DNA of 64,000 nt from the human T2T-CHM13v2.0 reference genome, Homo sapiens. Position 1 is the first letter of the stretch; every line of letters begins with the position of its first letter. The notes under the pieces were generated by a model. It made no database searches and had not been told where the DNA came from. It saw only the letters and a list, made by a program, of their open reading frames with translations. The position numbers and the translations under genes are program-made. Location of the stretch: NCBI RefSeq assembly GCF_009914755.1, contig NC_060939.1, one strand, 5' to 3'. This document shows positions 1 to 16,448 of this stretch, piece by piece.

Positions 1-351
<351 letters not shown>

Positions 352-564
352 TTACTAAACTATTTTATCTCATTTTCATCCTCATAATAACAGAGGTCAC
401 ACCCAGATTTATCTTTCTTCAAAGCCTGTGCTCATTTCAGTACACTCTCTGCTTCTCAGTTACCTTTACTGAGAAATTAAGGTAAACAAAGCAGCACCAA
501 TGAAAAAAGGGTTTGGAAAGGAAGCATTTGTGTTTTATAAAGTATGGGTGTCTAGTCCACTAGT

Positions 565-870
565 TCAGCAATTTTCTCAACCCTGGTGTCTGTTAGAGCC
601 ATACATCTCTGAAATCCTGCTTGAAAGAGAATTCTGTGGCCAAATAAAGTCAGGAGTGCTGCATATAATCTTACCATCTTGACAATGCATAGTGCAGAGT
701 ATCATTTTAAAGGTTCTGAGAAGTCCTGCAGTTCAAAACAACCCCAAAACATAAAATTGCTTAACCTTGTGTTTGCCAAACATATTATAGACCCCTGTAT
801 GATATGTGAAACATGTATTAATATCCTTGTTGCACTTCTCCTTCACAGAGCATTCTTTAGAAATACCAGT
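565..870. mobile_element. Old hAT-Charlie DNA transposon remnant (Charlie4-like)
   Basis: aaaggttctgagaagtcctgcag motif; a similar segment occurs in reverse orientation at ~13830-14035. Confidence 0.45.
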
Positions 871-1378
871 TTGAAGTACAAGCATAAATTTCTCAAATTT
901 TTTAATTGGCCTCATGTCCCAGTCTAGGAGAATATTCAGGCACCATCCCAGAATTTTCTGCCTTGTCCTCTCTCCAGGTCTTGCTCTGCAGTCCTCCCTC
1001 AAGCCATACTCTTGGGGAAAACACTTTCCTTCCAGGCTTTGGGACAAATTTGCCTTCCTTGTTCTTGGGGATTCTTCGGAGCTCTGGCCTGTGAAAGTTG
1101 CTCTTCTTGACTGACACCCCAACTTTTCTGGCCTGTTGGTGGCTGAACACCTCCTCACTAGCCACGTGTTAAGGCTGGCTCAGTAAATATGCCCAGGTCC
1201 TCCATGATGGGAAGTTAGGTTGTCATGTAGCCATAGTTATGGCAGTGGCTGTGTGACCTCTGTGTCACTGTCTTCCCACATGTAACTTGGTATTATACCC
1301 AGTTTCTACATCTGTGTGATTGATGTGTATGTTAAGTACATTGGATGTGCCAGCATACTGAATTTTTAAGACCTAAGT

Positions 1379-2255
<877 letters not shown>

Positions 2256-2464
2256 ACCCTTCCCTGCCTACTCGGGTTTAACTTGTCCTTTTAAGTTGCT
2301 ACTTTTCTTAGAATGATTGAATTCAAGTCAAATAACAGGTTCTTCACATTGATTCTTTTTCCTGCCAGGGTGCTTATTGAAATATGGAAGACAATATTTG
2401 GGCTTGGTTTGAAAGATCAGGAGAGCCCTGTCTCCTTCCTTGCTTTTTATTTTGTTTTCTTTCT

Positions 2465-3770
<1,306 letters not shown>

Positions 3771-4272
3771 TGTTTCTTTCTTAATAAAAAGATATACTTG
3801 ACAGAGGAAGGTGTGGCATGCAGGCCGTGTTACACAGAGAATATGGGCTGCCTGAAACAGCCCCAGTGCTGACCTCTGCTACTTTCCTCCCTACCTCATG
3901 TACTCGCAGATGGACACCCAGCATTGATGGCTCTCCACCTGTATAGCTTGTCTTCACCCTGCAAATATTTATTATTCATACAGCTCCTAAAAGGTTGGGG
4001 AAGGATGTCAGCTGGCATACCATAGAAAGCTATCAGTTGGATAATGCTAGTATTAGGAGGTGATTTTCAAACCGTGGTCCTTGGTACCCTGCCTCCTCTA
4101 ATCCAAGTACTTCTGCTATTATAATTTTACCTACCTGTCTTTTAGCATGTTTTCATTTTAGGAAATCAGCACAGACCTTATGATTCTCTTACACTGTGGG
4201 ACTAGGAGAGATCCATTAGAATCCAGTTTATCACTAAGTTGAAAGGATGCCTGGAACATATGTAAATGTCTC

Positions 4273-4896
4273 TGTGGGGGCCAAGGAAACTTCCCCTTTG
4301 CCTTCTGAAGGCTCATTGAGAAATCAGCTCACAAAAGCCAGATTAATTGGAGAAACATGTGTACATAGGACCCTTCAGAACGAAGACCTAAAGATACAGG
4401 GAAAAGTGTCCATATTTTTAAAGTATCCATTTTTATGCTTAGGTTCAACAAAGTATGGACAGCCATGTAGAAACATGGTTGACAAAAAGGATGTGATCTA
4501 ATGCTAATAGACTGAGTGGGGGAAACTCAGCAGGGCCTGCCTATCTAGATTCTTCTTGGCCTCTCTAAGCTTGCATTCATTCCTTCTGGGTGACCTCTCT
4601 GGAATGGAGGGGGGTTCTTATGACTGTCAAACAAGGTAGGTCAGATAATTTCTTTATGGCCAGTTTTTACACAGAAAAGCATTGGGAAAGTTAGAAATAT
4701 ATTTTTAGGTTTTATGGTTGGCTTTGGGGAAAAGGGGTTCTGGTTTCTATGACCCACCTGGGAGAAGAGGGATTCACTTTCTCTGTCTAGCCTTGGTGGA
4801 GAATGGGACTGAGAGACAAGGGGGCAGGAGAATGTCAAAGAAAACCTTTTACTTCTGAGGCCTTCGTTTTGGGGTGTTGTTTACTGAGCCCCAACA
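4273..4896 (-). mobile_element. Solo ERV1 LTR (MER39-like)
   Basis: TG...CA termini; exact 4-bp TSD TCTC at 4269-4272 and 4897-4900; minus strand begins tgttggggctcag. Confidence 0.85.
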
Positions 4897-4932
4897 TCTC
4901 CCTCACAACGTGCCAGTTATTCCCTAGCCTGT

Positions 4933-5403
4933 TGTATCCGCTCAGATTTAGTTCAGTGTTAAGTAGCAGAGACCCAAAATAAAGTGACTTAAACATGACA
5001 GAAGTGGATTAAAAGTGGCTGTGCTCCACACAGTCCTCAGGGCCTGGAGCCTTCCAATTTCTTAACTTCTATCCCTTGGGTTTGGTCCTAATTTTAACAT
5101 TCCAAGAGGCCGTCAAAGTTCTAGCCATCGTATTTCAATTTCAAGAGGCAGGATAGAGAATAAAAAGGGAGGACAATGAGCAAAGGACATAGACCTGCTG
5201 TTTGTTAACATAGATTTCCAGGGAGTTGTCATAGGCCACCTCTACTTACATTGCATTGGCCAGAAGTGCACCCCAGTGGCAACACCTAGCTTCAAGGAAG
5301 GCCTAGAAATGTCATCTTAGAAGGGGATAGCCATGAGCTCAGCTAAAAAGTCTATTGTTTTGGAAGATAATGGGTTTTGGAAGACATCTGACATTCTCTG
5401 GCA
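4933..5403 (-). mobile_element. Old MaLR LTR (MLT1J/K-like)
   Basis: cattggccagaagt...cctagcttcaaggaaggcctagaaatgt motif. Confidence 0.6.
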
Positions 5404-5985
5404 TGGGTGCACCATTTGAACAGCTTTTAGAATCCAGCCTCTTCCAAGGCATTTTTTGAACTAATTAGAAGAGTGCTGTGCTCCCTGCCCCTCTTTGTCT
5501 GATCCCGGGGTTTCATGGTGCAGTTGCTGCTTCACTTTCTAACTGTGCACTGATCCTTGCCTTCTGCTTCCACATGTCCTCTTTCTAGACTTACAGATGA
5601 CAAACCTAGCATTATATGTTGATATCATGTTTCCCTTTTATCCTTGTGTATCATATAATAAAATCTGTTTTCACCTGGGTAAATGGCACCACCATCTACC
5701 CATTGCTCAAGCCAAATGCTTGGGAGTCATCCTGAAGAGCGGCCTTTCTCTCGTCACTCCTCTTCAGTCTGTTAGCAGGTCCTGTCTTCTTTTCTTCCCA
5801 TGACCTATATCTGTCCTCCTCTTTCCACCTCCATGCTGTCACCCTAGTGCGTACCCCATTGTCTCCAGCTGGGCAACTGCAGCCACCCTCATACCTGGCC
5901 TCTGGCTTTCCCTCCTGCCAACCCCTCCCCATAGCCCGTGCTCCACACAGCACTGAAGGCAGTTATCTTTTGTGACACTGTCCTA

Positions 5986-6588
<603 letters not shown>

Positions 6589-6640
6589 TAACCTGCCAAG
6601 CCACACATGATCATATAACCTGCCAAGCCACACATGATCA
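6589..6640. repeat. Tandem duplication, 25-bp unit, period 27
   Basis: taacctgccaagccacacatgatca at 6589-6613 and 6616-6640. Confidence 0.95.
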
Positions 6641-7049
6641 GTTACCTCTGGCCTCATACCTTCCTCTGCCTTTTCTCACTCCACTCTAGCACGACTCGGG
6701 CTCCCACTCCCCACTTCCCCACCACCCCACAGGACCTTTGCACTTGCTCTTTGTGCTTCTGGGAATGTTCTGACCCCCAGATCTTCCTATGGCTTCCTCC
6801 TCATTATTCAGGCCTCTCTTCTGATTGTCCCTCCCTGCAAGAGACCTTCACTGTCATACCTCACCACTCAAGTATCTGAAACTTTTGGAGTTGGTTTACT
6901 TATTGCCCTAGAATGAAAGCTCTGCGAGAGCAGGGACTTCCTCTGTCTTGTTCACTGCCACATCTTCACTCGCTAGAACAGTGCCTGGCATATAACGGCA
7001 CTTAATGAGTGTTCATTGGAATGAATGAGTAGATGTATGATAAAATTAA

Positions 7050-7400
7050 GGTTTTTTCCCTATGTGTTTATTTATATCGGTATCATTTATTTATTGATAT
7101 CAGTATGGACCCATGGATATTTATTTTATACTTTGGGCTACAGTTCACTTCTACTTTATTTATTTATTGCTCAAGTTATTCAAGCCTTAGTCACTGAATT
7201 TAGTTGGCCCCTGGTATCCCTTTGGCACAACCCCGTCATTCTGTGTGTGTACATGCATGTGCTCACATATGTGTGTGTGTGCGTGTGTTCAGTATTTCCT
7301 TACTCTCTGGCACTACAAGATGCTCCAGGTTCATGTTGGACATTCCCTGCCCCAGTTATCAAATCAGCCATTTCTTCAAGGAGCTCTGGTACTTTTGTAT
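7050..7400 (-). mobile_element. L1MC4-like fragment
   Basis: ctggcactacaagatgctccagg...aatcagccatttcttcaaggagc. Confidence 0.7.
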
Positions 7401-7426
7401 TTTATTTTTTGATATTTTTATTTTTG

Positions 7427-7570
7427 GGGAATAACACACACTGGAGCTTGCTGAGGGAGGGTCGGGGGAGAGCATTAGGACACACAGCTAATGCATGCTG
7501 GGCTTAATACCTAGGTGATGGGTTGATAGGTGCAGCAAACCACCATGGCACACGTTTACCTATGTAAAAT
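7427..7570 (+). mobile_element. Older L1PA/PB 3'UTR fragment
   Basis: ggcttaatacctaggtgatgggttgataggtgcagcaaaccaccatggcacacgtttacctatgtaa. Confidence 0.85.
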
Positions 7571-7698
7571 TAGTTTCAATATATAGACAATTTCAAAATC
7601 TTAAAAATAATGCTTTGAGGGAAGGAGAGACTCTTTTCGTAAAAGTGTTTCTTAGGAGAAGCATGTCATTTTTTACTTTTTGATTTTTTCATACTTAC

Positions 7699-7828
7699 CC
7701 CTCCCCAGAAGCAGCGGACCTCCTAGCTGTGTCTCGCGGTCTCCCTTCATCTCCGCAGGTTTGTACCGACTGGGGGCTCTCCGTAGCTTTCATGCCATTG
7801 CTGGTATCATTACTGGCATCAATTGTTC
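7699..7828 (-). other. Candidate 130-nt exon on the minus strand
   Basis: Minus strand: ttttttCTAACtacctaagccctcattctaacAG|GAACA...GAGGG|GTAAGTAT; one frame is open. Confidence 0.4.
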
Positions 7829-8193
7829 CTGTTAGAATGAGGGCTTAGGTAGTTAGAAAAAAACACAGCATGGGCTCCTACTAACAAAAGCAGATTAAAG
7901 CCATCTTTTCAGTTAATTAGTTCCAATGCTCTGATACGGATGATGAGGCATAGGAAGGCTTTTATTGGAGGAATTCTTCTGTCCAGAGGGGCTTTGAAAG
8001 CAAATATGCTGAAAGTCCTGCGGCTTTTCTCAGTGGTTTGAGAATGTTTATCCTAAGAAGTGTTTCTCAGTGAGTTGGAAAAGATCATTTTAGCCATATG
8101 ATTATAGCCTTTTTTAAAGGTTTAATAGTTACAGTTTACTGAGAAAGAGGTTGAATTATATCTTGATTTTTTTTTCTCTTTTGTTTGATTTAG

Positions 8194-8224
8194 GCTGAAG
8201 GAACTTATCTCAAAACTTAGCCTG
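8194..8224 (+). other. Candidate 31-nt exon
   Basis: tttttctcttttgtttgatttAG|GCTGAAGG...AGCCTG|GTAATA; open frame LKELISKLSL. Confidence 0.4.
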
Positions 8225-8278
8225 GTAATATTAATTTTGATAAGTTACTATAAGAAAATATTATATTTTTATTCTTTT

Positions 8279-8575
8279 TTTTAATTATTGGAGGCGGAGT
8301 CTCACTCTGTCACCCAGGCTGGAGTGTAGTGGCTGGTCTCAGCTCACTGCAACCTCTGACTCCTGGGTCCAAGCGATTCTCCTGCCTCAGCCTCCCAGGT
8401 AGCTGGGATTACAGGTGCACACTACCACGCGCAGCTAATTATTGTATATTTAGTGGAGATGGGGTTTCACCATGTTGGCCAGGCTGGTCTTGAACTCCTG
8501 ACCTCTGATGGTCCATCTGTCTCGGCCTCCCAAAGGGCTGGGATTACAGGCATGAGCCACCCACTGTGCCTGGCC
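8279..8575 (-). mobile_element. AluS
   Basis: 14-bp TSD atttttattctttt at 8265-8278 and from 8576. Confidence 0.95.
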
Positions 8576-11247
8576 ATTTTTATTCTTTTAAAAGAGAAAA
8601 GTACTTGTGCTTTCAGCCTCAGAGAAACCATGCCTACAACATAATCTTATTATTTGTATCACAAAGTTGTGATCCAAGTATTGCCACACCTTGGTTCAGT
8701 GTGCTGTAGTGCAGGTTAGATATTTTGGATGCTAAATACACCTCTTGTAGCAGGTTTTAAATTTCTGCAACAGACTCAAAGAGAACCATTACTTTAAAAA
8801 TATTTCTATTTTAAACAAATGTAACTTAGTATGTCTTATTTTCAAAGACAGTAGAATATAAACTTACACTGTCAAGTATTCTTATACTTTCACTCTCTTA
8901 TCTAGTTTAAAACAGTTTTCTGGGGATAATTTTTCTAAAGATTCAGGCTCATAGTTAATTCAAGCTCCAGGGCTATTTTCCACCTGGGGTTCTCTGCCTC
9001 CTGCCCCCACTCCCCCAGGATGACCTCTGCAATCAGGAATATGTTGATGGCAGTGGTAACAGGGAGGACTATTAGAACACTCTCTGCCCTCTGGGTCCTT
9101 GTTGGCATCCTAGAGGTGCCCTTTGTCCTCCCAGCATGGCCTGGGCTGCCTGCCTTCATCTCTCCTCATCTCTGGCTGATATACCTGCATTCACCTGTGC
9201 TCTGGGCTGGCTCTAACTGTGCAACTGGTGACCATCCCTGCCTTGGCTTTCAGCCAGTCTGTATCCTTCTTGCCCAAAACCTGGACTTTTAATTGTCCAC
9301 AGACCCCCTTCACACTTTTATTATGACACTGAGCCTTGCATGAACTGGTTCACCTCTCTCTAGGCTGTGGGAAACCAGGGAGATATTTCAAAGCCTGCAT
9401 GACACTCCGTCTTCTCTACTCCACCATGGCCACCTCTTGTTAATGTAGGGCACACAGCGGGTGGTCTTCTCCCAGAATTCCAAATGGGAAGGAAAGCACC
9501 CAGGATAGGAGGTCAGCTGTGTCCTCTGTGGTCAGTCCTCCAGGCTCCGCCTCCTTGAAACCAACAAATATATTTTTATTTTCTTTTGAACAAAGCCTGA
9601 TTACTGTTACTGAGGTGGCGGCGGGGAGGCTTTGTTTGCAGATAAATCTCTAGACCAGGGATTTAGAAAACACTATTTTAAACTTCAAGGATTAGGAATG
9701 ACTCCCTTGTTCAAAGTTGTATCTGTCCTTGCTGTGAAGGAGGATGTAGATGTTTCAGTTTCAGGAGGTGGAGAGATTTGGGGAAATAGGAGCACAAGGA
9801 ATAAAAATATATCAGATTGTATTTCACCAACACAAAAAAAATTGTCCTTCTATATTCTTAGTAGTAGAATCTACTGATTAATAACAAATGACTATATATA
9901 TAGCCTCATCCTCAAAAGTGAATGTAGGATGACTTTCAAATTAGAAGTCAAGGTGAATGAGAGGTAAAATAGAAATTACAGAGGAAATCTTAGTAAGACT
10001 TTTGGGTTCACTGGGTATGAGCAGAGTAAGGAGTTGGGGATAACTTCAAAGTTATCCCTGTTAGCCTGTATGGAAATCTGCTTGCAAAACAGGCTCTTGG
10101 CTATGACTGAAGTTACACACCACTTGATTCAGCTGAAACAGTCATTTATGTCTGTTGCCATTCCTGTCCTCTCTTCTGGTCTTCATTCTCACATCTCCAA
10201 CTTCTGCTAAACAGCCCCTCCTTTATATAACTCAGCTTGACTTCAAATTAAGTACATCTAAACCTAAACCCATCTTTTCAAAACAGGTAGACATTGACAA
10301 ACCTTAACCCCCCTGCTCCAACCAAGGGGTTACATTAAGACGATACTGGTGGGACATCTTCAGTCACCTATTTTACAATCTTGAAGTTATCCACAAGGCA
10401 TGATGGTGACTGGCCCACTTTTGTGGAATTGGTAGGCCAAGCACAAGTCTACCTTTGTTTAGGGTGAGTGATACAAAATTGTCACTCTACAGAGTTCTAG
10501 GTGTCATTTGGCTCCTTAAATATACTACACACCAACCTAGGCCTTAGGCCCATTGCTGCTAGGGAGGGGTACCCATCATGCTTTCAGGCCTGGCTTAGTG
10601 GCTGAAGGCCTAGATACAACTGAACCTGGGGCAAGCTTCCTCAGTTCCAGCAGCTGACCAGAGTGGGGCTCCCTGGACCTGGGAAAGGCTGGGCCCCCAA
10701 CAAGCAGCAGGGTCTGGCTGGAAGATTTATGTTCCAAGCATCTCAGTGGAGTTCTGAGAACACAAATGTAATGGATCTTAGGGCCGAAATCTGAGGACTG
10801 AGCCCATGTTGGGAAAATACCAAAGTATTATACTTTGTAGTTATCAGTGGGACCTAATAAACCATTGTCAATGCTGACATTTATATTTTCATGTGACACA
10901 AAATGAGCCATGGGAACTGCCTTTCAAGGTTGCTTAGAAAGTGGTTGGCAGAGCCTGAAGTTTTAAAAAGATTGGGTGGGATATAAATGTTTAGACAAAT
11001 TAGATTGCCTAAGTGTTTGCTTTGTATAATAATAGTCTGAATAAACTGCTAAGGGAGAATTTTCAGAGCTGGATATTGGTGTTTAAAATAGTCAACATAC
11101 AAGTGACTAAGCCTCCACTCCCTTAACCTCTGAAACATATTTGTGATAGAGAGCATTAGAAGTGAGGAGTAGCCATAAAAGGAAAAAGGTTGTCGTCTTC
11201 TGTGAACCCATTTCTGTGTACACAGGGTAGAATGTTTTTGAAGATGG

Positions 11248-11608
11248 TGTATTAGTCCATTCTCACCCTGCTAATAAAGACATACCCAAGGCTGGTAATT
11301 TGTAAAGAAAAAGAGGTTTAATGGATTCACTGTTCCACATGGCTATGGAGGCTTCACAGTAATGGCAGAAGGTGATGGAGGAGCAGAGGCATGTCTTACA
11401 TGGTGGCAGGCAAGAGAGCATGTGCAGGGGAACTCCCCTTTTATAAAACCATCAAATCTCATGAGACTTATTCACTATCATGAGAACAGCAGGGGAAAAA
11501 CACACCCCCATGATTCAGGTAACTTTCACTAGGTCCCTCCCATGATATATGGAAGTTATTACAATTGAAGGTAAGATTTGGGTGGGGACAGAGAGCCAAA
11601 CCATATCA
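11248..11608 (-). mobile_element. Solo THE1 (THE1C-like) MaLR LTR
   Basis: tgtattagtcc...ccaaaccatatca; exact 5-bp TSD GATGG at 11243-11247 and 11609-11613. Confidence 0.93.
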
Positions 11609-11684
11609 GATGGCAAAATGTACCCTTTGGGAAGTTCGTTTTTTCACATGATTCCAAGGAAGAGGCTGCCTGTGTAGGGGGACA

Positions 11685-11915
11685 GTGGGATAGTTGAGGA
11701 CTGGGAATGGTCTGGCTTCAAATCCTGGATCTATCACTTAGTATTGACATTTGACAAATTACTCAGCCTCTTCCAGGTTTATTTTCCACATCTGTAAACA
11801 TGGAGAAATTCATAATACCTACCTTCATAGAATTCTCATGGCATTAAATGAGATACACTACCTAACGCAGTTGATTAGCAAATGCCTGGTATTTGGTCGG
11901 GGCTGAGTAAGTATC
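11685..11915 (+). mobile_element. MIR
   Basis: ttcaaatcctggatct...ttttccacatctgtaaa...attaaatgaga core. Confidence 0.75.
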
Positions 11916-13210
11916 AGTGTCCCTTGAGATCCTCACTGCTGTTTTATTAGGTGAGGAGGTGGTGGAGCTTAGAATTTATATGCCCAGGAGGATGGTGCTT
12001 CTTGCCCAACACCCACCTACCAGTGGCTTTTGGGGGGCAGTAGGGAAGGGAGGAAGGATTCAGGGAGCATGGAGTTACTTGTTCCTAATCTGCTTGGTCC
12101 GCCTTTGAGGGAAGTTTATGAAGAACAGTCCCACTTCCTTCCCAGGAGGCATGCCATGAGCCAGAGATAAGGCAGTGAATTTGGGAAGACAGAGATTCAA
12201 GACAACTGAGCCTCCAAAGTCACCACAGACTAGGAGAGAGGCAGCATGGATGGCCCCCAGAATGAAGGCCGAGGATGTCAGGGGTGGAGACAGACAGAGA
12301 GCCAGGGAATGGCACTAGGCATAGGATGGAGCATGGTTTGAAGTGGAGTTAGTTTGGTGTTTTCTACACCTGGGACATTTGTTCCTTTACCACACTGAGA
12401 GATGGAATCTTAGTGGGAAGGAACCACTATTTGTCTTTTACTCATTAAGTTCCTAGCCCAGCATAAAGGCTCCTGGAATAAGTATCCTAATGGGAAAAGC
12501 TAAAGCCTCTTGGAGGCACTCAGGGTTTGGCCACAGTCATTGATGGTTCAAGAGTTGTTAAGGTGATTCAGACCAACACAAACCAGGGGCCTGTAGCTGA
12601 GGCTGGGACTCAGCCCATCAGCAATCAGAAGGGCCAGAACCACACTGGATCATTTCATTCTGGGTTGGAAATGACTGGAATAAAGATCCTAGGGGAAGCA
12701 GGAGCAATGAATCTAAGACTTAGAACAGAAGGAGCACAGACACCCAGGTTACCTGAAGAAGAGTCAGATGATGCCAAGTGTGAACCTGAGAGGCAGGAGG
12801 GCTGGGGAGGCAGAGTACAGCAGTGGAGAGAACACTGAGCTGAGAGCGGGAGCCCTGGCCCTGGGTGCAGTACGATTCTCCTAGCTTGGGGTTTAGCTTT
12901 GGATAATTTGTTTTATTTCTCAGAGTTTCAGTTTCCTCAGTTTCAAAATGAGGATGATCATGCCTTAGGTCATAATGTTGATTAATGGCAGAACTTGATT
13001 TAGAACCAGATCTCCTGGAAGTAACAATTACTTGTGCTGGACATTGGTGCTTGCAAAATACTTCTCTTAAGTGATCACATTTGATGACATTTGTTTCAGG
13101 CCTGTTTCAAGCACACCATAATCAGGACTGAGCACCTTAGGACACTCCTGGTATGTCTAATCAGGGAAATGGGGAACACCACAATGTTGACATCAAGGAT
13201 TCTAAAGTCT

Positions 13211-13697
13211 ATTATTATTATTATACTTTAAGTTCTAGGGTACATGTGCACAACGTGCAGGTTTGTTACATATGTATACATGTGCCATGTTGGTGTGCTG
13301 TACCCATTAACTCGTCATTTACATTAGGTATTTCTCCTAATGCTATCCCTCCCCCCTCCCCCTTCCCCCCACCCCACAACAGGTCCCAGTGAGTGATGTT
13401 CCCTGCCCTGTGTCGAAGTGTTCTCACTGTTCAATTCCCACCTGTCAGTGAGAACATGCGGTGTTCAGTTTTCTGTCCTTGTGATAGTTTGCTCAGAATG
13501 ATGGTTTCCAGCTTCATCCATGTTGCTACAAAGGACATGAATTCATCCTTTTTTATGGCTGCATAGTATTCCATGGTGTATATGTGCCACATTTTCTTAA
13601 TCCAGTCTATCATTGATGGACATTTGGGTTAGTTCCAAGTCTTTGCTATTGTGAATAGTGCTGCAATAAACATACGTGTGCATGTGTCTTTATAGCA
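13211..13697 (-). mobile_element. 5'-truncated L1PA (L1PA5/6-like) 3' end
   Basis: (tta)n tactttaagttctagggtacatgtgcacaacgtgcagg; ORF2 C-terminal peptide WIKKMWHIYTMEYYAAIKK. Confidence 0.95.
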
Positions 13698-15218
13698 TGT
13701 GTTTTTCTTTGTTCTGATTCTGAATTGCCCTGTTGGTGGTGCTGCCCTGTTAAAAGTCAGTTAGGATGGCCCTGAATGTGAGTTTTGCTAGGCTATTAAT
13801 GACCGTTTATTTGGCCAACAAGTGTTACAAACACGTGATTAAGCAAAGGTAAGCAAATTCTTTATTACAGGAGTTCTCAGAGCTCTTACTGTACTGACAT
13901 GAATTATAAATCTTTAAAAGGACGGTATGGTAACTAGACTCCAGCAAAAGGGTCATAGAACCATTTTTAAATTGGTGGTTGTTGTTAGATCTCTTGGCAC
14001 TAACATTCTTGAAAATATGCTTGGGGAAATGCTAACTCAGAAATTAACGTTTGCTGAACCCAGAGTCCACTGGGTTACCCCTAGGTGAACTTCTAGTTCC
14101 CGAAGTTGGCCTTTGGATGAGTCATCTTCCCCCATCAGGTTCAACTATGTGAGGATCATTCTGCAGTCACTCATGATAACCATTTCTCAGTTTAATGGTA
14201 CAATTCCATATTGCCTTACATTTTATATAAGTTGTAAGCTCATAAAACATCTTTGTATATTTGGAATGTACTAAAGACTGCAAGTTAACCCAGACTAAAA
14301 CAACCTCAAAGTTATTTGCAATCTTCTGAACATCTCCATATTACAGCAACTGCCCTTCTCACGAGCAGGTCCATTTTCCTTTTTTGATGAGGATACTAGC
14401 TTCTGGCAAGCTGAACTCTCCTTTGGATCACAAACTTTCCTTCTCCTAAAGGTCCCAGATGTTACTAAGATTTAAAATAGGTCAGCTCACATTTTTGGCC
14501 TTTTCATACAACATAGCCCACGTTAGATTGGTAAAGAGACAGATAACACATAGAAAAAAAGATCCAAGTAGCCCAAGAAAGCCTGTTCCTGGAACGTGAT
14601 CAAACTTTTTGCTCCATCCATACCTTTCCTCACAAAAGCTTTTTCAAAAATGTGGGACTCGCACTGCTTGTCCCTTGATTTTAGTGGAACCAAGAAACCG
14701 CATCAAATAACACTGAATCCTAGAATGAGAAAGTCATTCCTTTTTCAGTTCTCTTTCAACTCCAGACATCTTTTTTTTTCAACATCAAGGAAGATGTTAT
14801 GCTAGTTATGTCTTTAACAGTTCTCAAATTGAGCTAGTCTTCAATTGTGTCTAGCTAGGATTTAATAACATGGTTTCATTTTCTTTTGTATTTATTTTAC
14901 TATAACTTTTTATCCATGGAAAGTGATGTAGCTTTTCCATATTCCATGGCAAGATAAGATTCGTTTTGAAAATAAACGTTAAAACATTTAAACAGAGTAT
15001 ATTGTGAAGATTAGAACTGCTGTCATAACAGCTGCCCTGTAACCTTCTAAGGTTGACCCAAAACACATGATTCCCCGTTTTATAGATGTATCAGCTGAGA
15101 CTAGCAGAGATGAAATGACTGCCTCAGTGATGTGCCAGTTATTTGACTGAAATAACCAGAGCTGGACCTAAGATCTTCTGCAGCTTCATGTACTCCCTCT
15201 GTAAAACTTTTGTTATCA

Positions 15219-15538
<320 letters not shown>

Positions 15539-16448
15539 TTAAAACATAAGGTTAACAGAATCTTTTAAAATTGTTTTCCCTTCCCTGCAGCATTTTGAAA
15601 TCATATTCTAAGAATAGATTTATTTAATAACTAAGTTATTAAAATATTAAAAGCAGTTATGAATGTGAGAGTGCTGAAATAAATGTAATTGCATTCTTAA
15701 AATGCTGTAACATCAGACAATTTTTTTAAGTTAAAATATTTAACTGAAAAACAGCTGAAACAACTTAAGACCTATTAAAACAACAAATGGGCTAATGTGA
15801 GCAATATTTAAAAGAATATTAAAATATTATAGTCAATTCAATATGGGCAAAAAATTTTACTTTCTTAAGACCCTGAAAAGCAGCAAAAACAAATAAAAGC
15901 CAGAGTCAACAATTGCAAATATTAACAACAATCAAAGACCATTAGAACTAAAGGGAAAATGTAGAACTGAGTAAAATGATCACATGGACTTAAAAAAAAA
16001 AAAGTGGGTCAAATTAAGTTGAAAACAAGCTTGGAGTACATTAAAATGCACCTAATAATGGTTTTTTAAAATTCATTGACGTTTATACAGTGTTATGGAA
16101 TTTAGCCTGGAAGGTATCAGTGACTTTTTAGGAACTTTGAGGAAATGACCCCTTGGTCTCCTGATTTGTACCTGCTGACTTGCTTGCTAGAAAACAGGAT
16201 TTCCATGAGTTGAAGAGTCTGAGAGGCTAAGACTGTAGGCGGGCCACCTAGACAACACTCAACCCTTGCTGGAGGATATTTGGTTATTAAAACCATCCAG
16301 AAAAATGTGTCAGAAAAAAGTGAGGAAATTTAGTCCAAGGAACAGATCAGAAAAACTTGCTAGGCCTGTTAAATCTTCGTGACTTCCTTCTGTTTTAAAT
16401 TTTGTCTATTTGGCCTGATACGGGGTAATAGAATTCTAAAAACAGAAA

